The notes beneath the pieces are model-generated. The model ran no database searches and had not been told where the DNA came from. It saw only the letters and a list, made by a program, of their open reading frames with translations. A stretch of DNA of 64,000 nt from an uncultured delta proteobacterium (GTDB lineage: Bacteria; Myxococcota_A; Polyangia; Polyangiales; Polyangiaceae), in assembly GCA_963806225.1 (NCBI GenBank), contig CAWDXG010000004.1, positions 1,600,001 through 1,664,000 of the forward strand, given 5' to 3'. Shown here one piece after another: positions 21,923 to 30,778 of the stretch (position 1 is the first letter of the stretch; each line of letters starts with the position of its first letter). The position numbers and the translations under genes were made by a program.

Positions 21923-22920
21923 CAGTTACCGACCTCGATCCGCAAGCTCGCCCACGTCAGACCCGAGCCAACAACGGCCAACAGCACGACATCGCCGTCG
22001 GAAAGCTCGCTCCAGCGCTGCGAAAGCACCGTTGGCGCCCCGGCAGCGCCGGTATTGCCGAAATCGGCAACGTTGTACAGGTGGCAATCGGAAGCAATCC
22101 CGGCGCGCTGCGCGACGGATTGCAGCATGGTCAGGTTCGCCTGGTGGCCGATGTACAGAACGCGGCCGCCCGTGCTCCCGGCCCGCGCGCGCGCTTCGGG
22201 GAGCATGGCGTTGAGGCTCGAAAGCGACGTCTTGATGGCGAAGCGCTGCACGGCGCTGCCGTCCTGTGCGAAGTGGCCGGAAAGCGGGATGGTCACCAGC
22301 GAACAGCCCGCCGGTGACGACGACATCGACGTGGCCACGACGCGCGTCCGCGCGGGCACCTCCGACGACACGATGGCGGCGCTCGTCCCGTCGCCCCACA
22401 AGACCGCTGCGGATCGATCGCTGTAGTCTATCGCGCGCGTCGAGTTCTCGACGTTGACCACCAGCACATACGGCGGCAGTCGCTGCATCGAAGCGAGCAG
22501 GTGCATCTGCACGCCGAAGCTCGAGCACGCCGAATTCACGTCGAACGCGGGGGCCTCGATGCCGAGCGCCGCGGCCACGCGGCAGGCTTCGGCTGGAATG
22601 AGCATGCCCGGCGTGCAACCGCCGGCGATGACCATCCCGATATCGGACGGCTCCAGGCCGGCCTGCGCCAGGGCCTGCAGCGCCGCTCGACGACCCGTCT
22701 CCGCATTTGAATAGAGTGCCGCCTCGTCGGCCGCCCGCACGTCGGCGTTCCGGGTGTCGCGGATGTAGTCGAGCGGCAGCACCGTGCGGCGCGAGCGGAT
22801 CCCTACGCGCTCGAGGATCCACTCGTCGGTCGTGCCGATGTCGAGCGACTCGAGAAACGCGTTGTCGATGACGTTCTCGGGATGGAAGTGGCCGACTGCG
22901 TGCAGGTACAGCGGATTCAT
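21922..22920 (-). CDS. fabH: Beta-ketoacyl-ACP synthase III (FabH family)
   Basis: WILERVGI, SACSSF, GDG, HQAN, GNTG (Cys-His-Asn). Confidence 0.88.
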   Translation of the reverse strand: MNPLYLHAVGHFHPENVIDNAFLESLDIGTTDEWILERVGIRSRRTVLPLDYIRDTRNADVRAADEAALYSNAETGRRAALQALAQAGLEPSDIGMVIAGGCTPGMLIPAEACRVAAALGIEAPAFDVNSACSSFGVQMHLLASMQRLPPYVLVVNVENSTRAIDYSDRSAAVLWGDGTSAAIVSSEVPARTRVVATSMSSSPAGCSLVTIPLSGHFAQDGSAVQRFAIKTSLSSLNAMLPEARARAGSTGGRVLYIGHQANLTMLQSVAQRAGIASDCHLYNVADFGNTGAAGAPTVLSQRWSELSDGDVVLLAVVGSGLTWASLRIEVGN

Positions 22921-23735
22921 GTCAGCCCCACGACGTGTTCGCCGCCGTCGACGCGCAGGAGCGCTCCGTTCAACCAGCGCGCCTCGTCCGTGCATAGAAG
23001 GCAGATGAAGTCGGCCACGTCGGCCGGCGTCGTCAGTCGTCCCAGTGGATTCCGCGCGAGCGCAGCCTGCTTCATGCCCTCGCTGCCCGGAATCAGGCGC
23101 AGCGCGGGCGTATCGGTGACGCCAGCCTGCACGACGTTCGAGCGCACGCCGAAGGGCCCGAGCTCGACGGCGATTGCGCGTGACACCGACTCGAGCGCGC
23201 ACTTGGCGGCCGCGACGGCCGCGTAGCCCCGCCAGGCGACCTCGTTGCCCTCGCTCGTCATTCCGATCACCCGCGCGTCATCGGCGAACAGGCCGCGCGC
23301 GAAGATGTCCTGGGTCCAGCTCGCCAGGCTTGTGCCCATGGCGTGGATGGTGCGGGCGAAGTCCTCCTCTTCGAGCACGCCAACGTCGTCGGTGGCTCCG
23401 GGCGCGCGCGCCAGCGGCTTGAGGTTGCCGAAGGCGATCGAATGCAAGAGGAGTCTGACGCGACCATGGTCCCCCATGCGCGCGGCGAGCGCGTCGAGTA
23501 CGCTACCGCGCTTTTCGCTCGACAGCGCGTCGACGTTGAAGGCGGCGAAGCCCACGCCGCTGTCCCGGATGCGGTCGAGCTCGGGCTGGATCCGCGCCAT
23601 CGCGCCCCTGCGATCGCGGTGCACGACCACGACGTTCATGCCGTGCCGCGCGAGCTTCTGTGCGGTCGCGAGGCCAAAGCCGCTCGAGCCACCCAGGATC
23701 AGCGCCCAGTGGTTCTTGTCGAACTCGAGGCTCAT
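22917..23735 (-). CDS. SDR reductase, FabL-like enoyl-ACP reductase
   Basis: LGGSSGFG, YAAVAAAK, TDTPAL, NPLGRLTTP; ATGA overlaps at both ends. Confidence 0.8.
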   Translation of the reverse strand: MSLEFDKNHWALILGGSSGFGLATAQKLARHGMNVVVVHRDRRGAMARIQPELDRIRDSGVGFAAFNVDALSSEKRGSVLDALAARMGDHGRVRLLLHSIAFGNLKPLARAPGATDDVGVLEEEDFARTIHAMGTSLASWTQDIFARGLFADDARVIGMTSEGNEVAWRGYAAVAAAKCALESVSRAIAVELGPFGVRSNVVQAGVTDTPALRLIPGSEGMKQAALARNPLGRLTTPADVADFICLLCTDEARWLNGALLRVDGGEHVVGLT

Positions 23736-24685
23736 GTGGAAAGACCCCTCTCTGCCGTCCGCACCGAGACGACCGACGTGACCTCGCGGTCGAGGGCACG
23801 GAAGAAGCGCCCGAGCGGTCGGCCCGGACCGACTTCGACGATCTTCGTGGCAACTTCCGAGAGCGCGCGCATGTTCGCGATCCAGTCGACGGTCGCGCCG
23901 ATCTGGTGCGTCAGCGCGTCGATGATCGCCTCGCGTTTGGGCCGGTGGAAGCCGCCGGTCAGGTTCGATGTCACGACGCCCGCTCGCTCCGGAACAATAT
24001 GCGCGGCGACAGCGGCGAGCGCGTCGCGGAAGGCGGGCTCGATGCCGCGCATCAAGCGCGAATGGAACGGGGCACTCACGTTCAGCGGCACGAGCTCGCC
24101 GTCGACGAGGCTCTCGCCGAGGCGTGCCGTCGCGCGCTCGATCGAAGGCGCCAAGCCGGAGAGAACGACCTGCCCGGGCGCGTTCAAGTTGGCAACGTCC
24201 ACCTCGAGATCGGCGAGCTCGGCGCCGAGATCCCGCTCTGCAATACCCTCCGCCAGAACCGCCGTCATGGCACCCGTACCGAGCGGAACCGCGCGCTGCA
24301 TCAGGGCCCCACGCTCCCGCACAAGGCGTACGGCCGTGGCGAGCGGAATCGCGCCGGCCGCGCAAAGGGCCGCGTACTCGCCGAGGCTGTGGCCCCCGAA
24401 GTAGCTAGGGACGAGCCCGAACCCGGTCTCGAGCGCCCGCAGCATGGCGATCTCGCATGTCAGAAGCGCCGGCTGGGTGAACTCGGTCTGGTCGAGCCTC
24501 GGATCCTCTGCTGCGAAGCAGATGCCCGCGACGTCCCAGCCGAGCGCCTCGCTGGCTTCCGCAAAGACCTCGCGCGAGGCCGCGAACTGATCGTGGAAGT
24601 CGCGCGCCATCCCGGGTTTCTGGCTGCCCTGGCCGGGGAAGACGACAGCAACGACCGAGCCCGTCTGGGTGCGGTCCGTAAGCAT
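23732..24685 (-). CDS. fabD: Malonyl-CoA:ACP transacylase
   Basis: FPGQGSQ, TQPAL, GHSLGE, SAPFHS, EVGPG. Confidence 0.92.
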   Translation of the reverse strand: MLTDRTQTGSVVAVVFPGQGSQKPGMARDFHDQFAASREVFAEASEALGWDVAGICFAAEDPRLDQTEFTQPALLTCEIAMLRALETGFGLVPSYFGGHSLGEYAALCAAGAIPLATAVRLVRERGALMQRAVPLGTGAMTAVLAEGIAERDLGAELADLEVDVANLNAPGQVVLSGLAPSIERATARLGESLVDGELVPLNVSAPFHSRLMRGIEPAFRDALAAVAAHIVPERAGVVTSNLTGGFHRPKREAIIDALTHQIGATVDWIANMRALSEVATKIVEVGPGRPLGRFFRALDREVTSVVSVRTAERGLST

Positions 24686-24712
24686 CGAGTCCTTCTGCTA
24701 CCACTCGTTCTG

Positions 24713-25483
24713 TCACGCGTCTGTCACGGCTTGACCAGCTTGCGCGCAGAAGTAGCGGTCCTCCATGGCTTTCAGGGTGCCGATGACCTGCCGCGCGAGG
24801 TCCCGGGACGCCCTGAGCCCCGTGTGGGCGGTCGTCGGCTCGATCAGCTCCACCGACAGGTGCAGGGTGTCTCCCCGCGCCGGGGCCTGGCCCCACGTCT
24901 CCTGCCGCTCGCCGCGCAGGTAGGCGCAGATGACCTGGGGCCGGTCGAGCTCGCGCAGGATGTGACCGACCCCATAGGTCACGTCCTGGGGCTCGATGCG
25001 CCCCGTCCGGCTGCGTCCACCCTCCGGAAAGATGGTGCAGACTTCGCCGTGGCGGACCAGGTCCCGAACCTGTGACAGCACCCGGTCGTGATGCTGTGCG
25101 TCACCCGCACGATCGATGGGAATGCATTTGCCGAGGAAAATCAGCGTCCGCAGCAGCCGACTGCGACTGAAGTTCTCGACCGCCGGCAGGTTCCACGAGA
25201 AGCGGCGGAAGTCGGCCCAGTACTCCGGGAGCGATGCCAGGCCGTGGTGCAGATAGAGCGAGTCGTACATCGTCAGGTGGTTGGCGCAGACGATGGTCGG
25301 CCGGCCCGTGGCCAGCGCGCGCCGATAGAGCTGCCGTGCAGCCGGCAGCCCGACGATGCGGTGACCGCGCAGGACGCGCATGTAGAAGACCGCGCCGGGA
25401 CCGATGATCGGAAATGCGAGCCAACCGATGCGCGACTGGCGGCTGAGCGCGTGGCGGTCCTCGGAGCTGGGCGCGGCGTCCAT
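24713..25483 (-). CDS. Lysophospholipid acyltransferase (PlsC family)
   Basis: ANHLTMYD (HX4D), FPEGGRS. Confidence 0.85.
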   Translation of the reverse strand: MDAAPSSEDRHALSRQSRIGWLAFPIIGPGAVFYMRVLRGHRIVGLPAARQLYRRALATGRPTIVCANHLTMYDSLYLHHGLASLPEYWADFRRFSWNLPAVENFSRSRLLRTLIFLGKCIPIDRAGDAQHHDRVLSQVRDLVRHGEVCTIFPEGGRSRTGRIEPQDVTYGVGHILRELDRPQVICAYLRGERQETWGQAPARGDTLHLSVELIEPTTAHTGLRASRDLARQVIGTLKAMEDRYFCAQAGQAVTDA

Positions 25484-25585
25484 GCGGGTACGCCGGAGGC
25501 TGCCACGGATCGCGGCCCGAAGGAAAAGACCCAGCGGTCGCCTCACGCTTTGAACTCGATCCTTCGAGGGGATAGCCTCGGCCCC

Positions 25586-26545
25586 ATGTTGGCGCTGCTA
25601 CTCGACGGCGAGCCGCGGCTCGTCACGGACCATCCGCTCCCGCGGCGCGAACCGGGCGAGGCGCTCATCGACGTGCGGCTCGCGGGCGTGTGCGACACGG
25701 ATCTACAGCTCGCCCGCGGCTACATGGGCTATCGCGGCGTGCTGGGGCACGAGTTCGTGGGCACGGTGCTGGAGGCGGACAGCGAGCACTGGCGGGGGCG
25801 GCGCGTGGTGGCGGACATCAACGCCGGATGCGGCGAATGCGACGACTGCCGCGAGCGCGACGGGCACCACTGCGCGCGGCGCAGCGTGCTCGGCATCCTG
25901 GCACGCGACGGCGCGCTGGCCGAACAGCTGGTGATGCCCGAACGCTGTCTGGTGGCAGTGCCGGACAGCGTGCCCGACGAGCAGGCCGTGTTCGCCGAGC
26001 CGCTGGCTGCCGCGCTGCACGTGCTGGACGAGCTCGAAGACGGCCGGGGCCCGGTCGTGGTGCTCGGCGACGGCAAGCTCGGCACGCTGATCGCACTCGG
26101 CCTCCGCGGCGCAGGCGTCGAGGTGGCGATCGTGGGGCATCACCGGGAAAAGCTCGAGCTCTCCGCCCGCGCCGGCGCGCGGACCTTCCTCGAGTCGGAG
26201 CTCGGGGACGCCCTTTCGGGCGTACCGATGGTGGTGGAAGCGACGGGCAGCGCGAGCGGGCTCGAGCGTGCACTCTCGCTGGTGCAGCCGCGCGGCACCG
26301 TGGTGGTGAAGACAACCGTTGCCGGCCCCGTCGAGGTGGACCTGTCGCCGATCGTTGTCGAGGAGCTGCGTCTCGTCGGCTCGCGCTGCGGCAACATGCA
26401 GCGCGCCGTCGATCTGCTTGCCGAGGGGCGCGTCGACCCCACGCCGCTGATCCACGCGCGCTATCCGCTCTCGCAGGCCGACCAGGCGCTGGCGCGCGCC
26501 GGCGAGCGCGGCACACTCAAGGTGCTCGTGGAAGGGGCAGGCTAG
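25586..26545 (+). CDS. Zn-dependent alcohol dehydrogenase (MDR)
   Basis: GVCDTD, GHEFVG, CGECDDC..HC, GDGKLG, GSRCG. Confidence 0.9.
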   Translation: MLALLLDGEPRLVTDHPLPRREPGEALIDVRLAGVCDTDLQLARGYMGYRGVLGHEFVGTVLEADSEHWRGRRVVADINAGCGECDDCRERDGHHCARRSVLGILARDGALAEQLVMPERCLVAVPDSVPDEQAVFAEPLAAALHVLDELEDGRGPVVVLGDGKLGTLIALGLRGAGVEVAIVGHHREKLELSARAGARTFLESELGDALSGVPMVVEATGSASGLERALSLVQPRGTVVVKTTVAGPVEVDLSPIVVEELRLVGSRCGNMQRAVDLLAEGRVDPTPLIHARYPLSQADQALARAGERGTLKVLVEGAG

Positions 26546-26547
26546 CC

Positions 26548-26979
26548 ATGTCCGGAGCGCTCGTCATCACACCGCACATCGTGATTCCCGCGGCCGAGCT
26601 CGCGTGGACGGCGGTGCGCGCGTCGGGGCCGGGCGGGCAGAACGTCAACAAGGTCGCGTCCAAGGTCGAGCTCCGCTTCGATCTGCCGAATACGAAGGCG
26701 CTCCCGGCAGCGGTCAAGGCGCGGCTCGCGCGCCTGGCGGAAAACCGCCTCGACGCCGACGGCTGCATCCTGCTCACGAGCCAGCTCACCCGCGACCAGC
26801 GCCAGAACCTGGAAGACGCGCGCGAGAAGCTCGCGGACCTGGTGCGCCTCGCGCTGGTCCCGCCCAAGCGCCGCCGCGCCACGCGCCCCACTCGCTCGTC
26901 GCAGAGAAAGCGCGTCGAGCAGAAGCGCAAACACTCGGAAAAGAAGCAGACTCGCGGGCGCGTGCGGCGGGAAGATTGA
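26548..26979 (+). CDS. arfB: Alternative ribosome rescue peptidyl-tRNA hydrolase ArfB
   Basis: ASGPGGQNVNKVASKVELRF and basic C-terminal tail RRATRPTRSS. Confidence 0.93.
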   Translation: MSGALVITPHIVIPAAELAWTAVRASGPGGQNVNKVASKVELRFDLPNTKALPAAVKARLARLAENRLDADGCILLTSQLTRDQRQNLEDAREKLADLVRLALVPPKRRRATRPTRSSQRKRVEQKRKHSEKKQTRGRVRRED

Positions 26980-27017
26980 ACCTTGAGGCGGGCGGGGGTT
27001 CCGCATAGGTTCTGCGC

Positions 27018-28535
27018 ATGCGCCTGCGCCTGCGCGAGCTGCTGCTTGTCCTGCCCGCGCTGTGGGCCGCCGGACAGGCCTGCACGCTGGACAAGGAGGC
27101 GACCGGGACGGGGCAATCGGGCTTGCCCGATGCGGGCGCTGATCACAGCGCGGATGCTCCCGCCGGCGAGGGCCAGGCGGGTGCGGGGGGCACGGCGGGC
27201 AGCGGCGGCATCGCGGGCAGCGGCGGCATCGCAGGCAGCGGCGGCATCGCGGGCAGCGGCGGCATCGCGGGCAGCGGCGGCACGGGCGGCCTGTCCCCGA
27301 CCTTGTGTGCCGATTGCCCCGCGTCGCAGTGCAGTCCGGGCGAGGCTTGTGTGGTGCTGGATGCGAACAGCGGCGCAGGCGGGCAGGGAGGCGCCGCCGA
27401 CGCCGGCGTGGACGGGAGCAGCGGCCAGACCGGTGCGGACGCCAGCGCTGCCGACGCCGGCGACGCCAGCGTGACCGACGCCGGCAGCGCTCCGAAGGCG
27501 GCGTGTCTGCCGCGCTGCGCTCTGGCATCACCGTCGTGCCCCGCCGGATTCACCTGCAAGTCGCTCGGTGGCGCGAGCCCGGTCTGCTATCCCGACGACC
27601 CGGCGCACTGCGTCGAAAACCAGCCCGTCGGCGGAAGCTGCAGCGGCGACTGGCAGTGCAGCTCGGGCCACTGCGACAACGGCTTCTGTTGTGCAAGCGG
27701 CGTGTGCTGCGCGGCGTCGGCGGACTGCCCCGGCAGCACGGCCACCTGTACGGATCCAGCGAAGTGCCAGGGCACCCGCACCGGACAGATCTGCCAGTCC
27801 CACCAATGCGTCGCGGGCAGCGAGGACGACGACTCGGCCTGCGTTCCGAGCCTGGGGACGCTTTCCTGCGGAACCTACCGCGATGTGGCGTGCACCGGGG
27901 CTATCGACCAGACGGCTCCCGCATGCGCGACCAGCTGCACCAGCGATTCGGAGTGCCTTGCCCCCGCGACCTGCAACCTCGGGCACTGCTGCGCTCCCGG
28001 CAGCTTCGATTTCGACGGCGATCCCTCCACCTGCGAGTGCGCGAGCACGCCGCTGGTCGGACAGGGCACGAGCTGCAGCGGCGCCCTCGACCTGGGCGAC
28101 CTCGCGGACACGGGCCAGTCGGTCACCGTCTCGGGGAACCTGCTGCCTGATCGCGAGATCTGGTACCGGTTTTACGCCGTCGACACGCCGGACACCAGCT
28201 GCGACAACTTCCACGTCCGGATCCACTTCCTGACGAATCCGGGAAGCGGCTACCAGTTCCTCGTGTTCCGAGGAACCTGCAGCAACGCCGAGTGCGCAAG
28301 CACGGGCGGCACCGACTATGAGTGGGCGACCGACATGCGCCGGACGATCTCCGGAGTGCTGAGCGGCCAGTGCCCCTGCACGGCGCCCGGGGCCAGCCCG
28401 ATGCAGGACGTGTCGACGTGCGACGACGACTCCGCCGACTACTTCATCCAGGTGAAGATGAAAGCGGGCTACACGCCGACGAGCTGCAACGAGTACGTGC
28501 TCGAGATGTCGAACGGCCTGTACAGCACGCCCTGA
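27018..28535 (+). CDS. Cys-rich surface lipoprotein with GGIAGS linker and C-terminal beta domain
   Basis: Signal ending AGQAC; many Cys modules; WYRFYAVD C-terminal domain. Confidence 0.75.
   Translation: MRLRLRELLLVLPALWAAGQACTLDKEATGTGQSGLPDAGADHSADAPAGEGQAGAGGTAGSGGIAGSGGIAGSGGIAGSGGIAGSGGTGGLSPTLCADCPASQCSPGEACVVLDANSGAGGQGGAADAGVDGSSGQTGADASAADAGDASVTDAGSAPKAACLPRCALASPSCPAGFTCKSLGGASPVCYPDDPAHCVENQPVGGSCSGDWQCSSGHCDNGFCCASGVCCAASADCPGSTATCTDPAKCQGTRTGQICQSHQCVAGSEDDDSACVPSLGTLSCGTYRDVACTGAIDQTAPACATSCTSDSECLAPATCNLGHCCAPGSFDFDGDPSTCECASTPLVGQGTSCSGALDLGDLADTGQSVTVSGNLLPDREIWYRFYAVDTPDTSCDNFHVRIHFLTNPGSGYQFLVFRGTCSNAECASTGGTDYEWATDMRRTISGVLSGQCPCTAPGASPMQDVSTCDDDSADYFIQVKMKAGYTPTSCNEYVLEMSNGLYSTP
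27197..27281. repeat. 18-bp coding tandem repeat (ggcagcggcggcatcgcR), about 4.5 copies
   Basis: Visible in sequence; encodes GSGGIA. Confidence 0.85.
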
Positions 28536-28549
28536 GCAAGCGCGCTCTG

Positions 28550-29836
28550 CTACAGCCCGGCGAACACCTGCAAAGGCCGGTACACGCGCGCGGCCCAGGC
28601 GGCTTCATTGTGCTGTGCGCCGCTCTGCCAGTGGTAGAAAACGTCCTTTCCGTCGGTGTAACCGACGGAAAGCAGCGTGGTGTGCATCTGCTGGTTCTCG
28701 CAGTAGTTGTCGCTCGCGTTCGGGTCGTCGTCGAAGATGCCGTCGCCGTCGGAGTCGACGCAGCTCCCGCTGCCGCCCGAATCGACGTACAGCACCGGCG
28801 CCTGGTGCCCCGCGTCGCGATAGCGCTCGATCATCGTCTGGTTGTGCGTAGCCGGGTCGATGCTGCCCCAGCCCAGCGTTCCCGACAGGCTGGCGGCGAA
28901 GCGGAACTCGTTCGGGTAGCGGTAGGCGATCTCGAGGCTCACCAGTCCGCCGAGCGACGAGCCCATCAGGCCGACCGGGCCAGGCTCGCCGTACTGCTTC
29001 TGGATCAACGGGCGCACCGTGCTTTCGACGAAGTCGGCATACGCGTCGGCCTGGCCGCCTACGGTCTGCCCACTGATCACGTCGGGCACCTGCGTGTACT
29101 CGTCCATCCGGGCCGGTGTGTTGTCGATACCGATCACGAGCATGCCCGGCGGCAGACTGTCCTGTAGCTTCCATCCGCCCCACGGTGCCGCGGGGTCGAA
29201 CAGGTTCTGGCCGTCCTCCGCGTAGAGCTCGTGCGTCACCGGCGGCGCCGGAACGTAGACGCGCACCGTGCGCGCCTGCATCGCCGCGTCGCCAACCTGG
29301 AAGTAGCGGTCGAGATGCGGCGGCGCGGGCGCGACTACGCTCATCTCGCCGTTGTTGTCGTACGTGTACGAGCGCGACCAGGGATCGGCCTTGTACGTCG
29401 TACCGTCGGTGAACTTGTAGTGATCGTCCTTTGGAACTGCCAGGACGACCCACGAGAAGCCGGCGTCCTGGTGCATCGCAGTTCCGGCCCAGCCGTCGTG
29501 ATCGCCGGCTACACGCGCCAGCGCCGTGTCGGTCGAGACGAACAGCTCGCCACCCTCCACCGGCAGTGGCCAGCCATCCGTGCGCGAATGCTCCAACATA
29601 CCCTGTTGCAGGTCGGCCCGCAGGGCCGCGAGCACCTCGTCGAGACGCGACACGCCTGCTTCGACATCCGATGACGCATCCGGCGGCCCGCTGTCCTGCG
29701 GAACCGCCCCGTCGCTCGCGCCCGCCGACCCGCCACTGCCCCCCGCCGACCCGCCCGCTCCCGATGCGTCTCCCTTCGCTGGCGCACAGGAAGCGGCCAG
29801 CAGGACTACCGGAAGAACGAGGGCCGGAATGCGCAT
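28550..29836 (-). CDS. Lipoprotein alpha/beta esterase (Fes/IroE-like) with N-terminal beta module
   Basis: DGQNLF, RMDEYT, GSSLGG, HNEAAWAAR. Confidence 0.82.
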   Translation of the reverse strand: MRIPALVLPVVLLAASCAPAKGDASGAGGSAGGSGGSAGASDGAVPQDSGPPDASSDVEAGVSRLDEVLAALRADLQQGMLEHSRTDGWPLPVEGGELFVSTDTALARVAGDHDGWAGTAMHQDAGFSWVVLAVPKDDHYKFTDGTTYKADPWSRSYTYDNNGEMSVVAPAPPHLDRYFQVGDAAMQARTVRVYVPAPPVTHELYAEDGQNLFDPAAPWGGWKLQDSLPPGMLVIGIDNTPARMDEYTQVPDVISGQTVGGQADAYADFVESTVRPLIQKQYGEPGPVGLMGSSLGGLVSLEIAYRYPNEFRFAASLSGTLGWGSIDPATHNQTMIERYRDAGHQAPVLYVDSGGSGSCVDSDGDGIFDDDPNASDNYCENQQMHTTLLSVGYTDGKDVFYHWQSGAQHNEAAWAARVYRPLQVFAGL

Positions 29837-29896
29837 CGGCAGCGACTGTAGCGCACAGTCTCCCGGCAGTGCTGTCGGGAGCGCTCGCTCCGGAGC

Positions 29897-30661
29897 TCAG
29901 TGCTTGTGCTTGGCGCCAGGCTTCACCGTGAAGTCCAGCGTGACCGGACTGCCGGCGCTCACGGTCACCGACTGTGTCACGGTCGGCGCACGCGGTACCC
30001 AGACCGTCGCCTTGTACGTGCCGGGCGGCACGTCCCCGATGGCGTACGCGCCATTGGAATCGATCTTGCCGAAAGAGGTCGACGGGATGACGAGCACGTA
30101 GCCGAGCATCTCCGGATGGATGTTGCAGAGCAGGGCGATGGGCCCCGGCGAGTCGAAGGTCTTCGTCACCGGATGGCCATGCTTCAACATGCCCGTATCC
30201 CAACCCTTGACGTTCGGCGAAAAGATATGGTGGTCGACGGTATCCGTGTTGGAAAAAGAAGCCGTGCCCCCCGCGGTCAGCACGGAGATGAAGGGCAGGA
30301 ACTTCTTCTTGTGGATGATGACATCCGCCTGCATCAGCGCGCCGGGCTGCTTGGGCGAGTCTTCGAGGTAGACAACGCCACCGAGCGGCGACGGCTTCTT
30401 GGTGGTCGACATCAGGACAGTGCCGACGATGCTCGGGTGCTCGGGCGCTGCCGGCTTGGCCGCTTCCGCGGACGCGGCGGGTGCGGCGGACCCGGTGGGC
30501 GCAGCGGGTGCGCCGGACGCGGCGGGTGCCGCAGGCGCGGCGGGCGCCGCAGGCGGCGGGGGGGCGACCGGCTGCGGCTCCGGGTTGCAACCGGAAACAG
30601 CAGCGGCGAGGGCGAAGGGAGCGCAAATCGCGACGAACGGGCGGGAAGGATGGGAAGTCAT
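29897..30661 (-). CDS. Lipoprotein with cupredoxin-like domain and carboxypeptidase-regulatory-like domain
   Basis: VSGC lipobox, Pro/Ala linker, NTDTVDHHIFS, CNIHPEM copper-type motif, VPPGTY. Confidence 0.75.
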   Translation of the reverse strand: MTSHPSRPFVAICAPFALAAAVSGCNPEPQPVAPPPPAAPAAPAAPAASGAPAAPTGSAAPAASAEAAKPAAPEHPSIVGTVLMSTTKKPSPLGGVVYLEDSPKQPGALMQADVIIHKKKFLPFISVLTAGGTASFSNTDTVDHHIFSPNVKGWDTGMLKHGHPVTKTFDSPGPIALLCNIHPEMLGYVLVIPSTSFGKIDSNGAYAIGDVPPGTYKATVWVPRAPTVTQSVTVSAGSPVTLDFTVKPGAKHKH

Positions 30662-30720
30662 GTTGAGCTGGAGCAATAGTCGGCCGCTCTGCCGAAACCA
30701 AGGGAACGCGCAAAGCCCGC

Positions 30721-30734
30721 TTGATAGGCATCAT
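30721..30734. promoter_or_regulatory. FNR/CRP-type box TTGAT-N4-ATCAT
   Basis: One mismatch from TTGAT-N4-ATCAA, in an AT-rich patch upstream of the cupredoxin gene. Confidence 0.4.
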
Positions 30735-30778
30735 ATTCTGCTAGATTTTGCCTCTTTTCCGCGTGGATGTGGCGGGGG

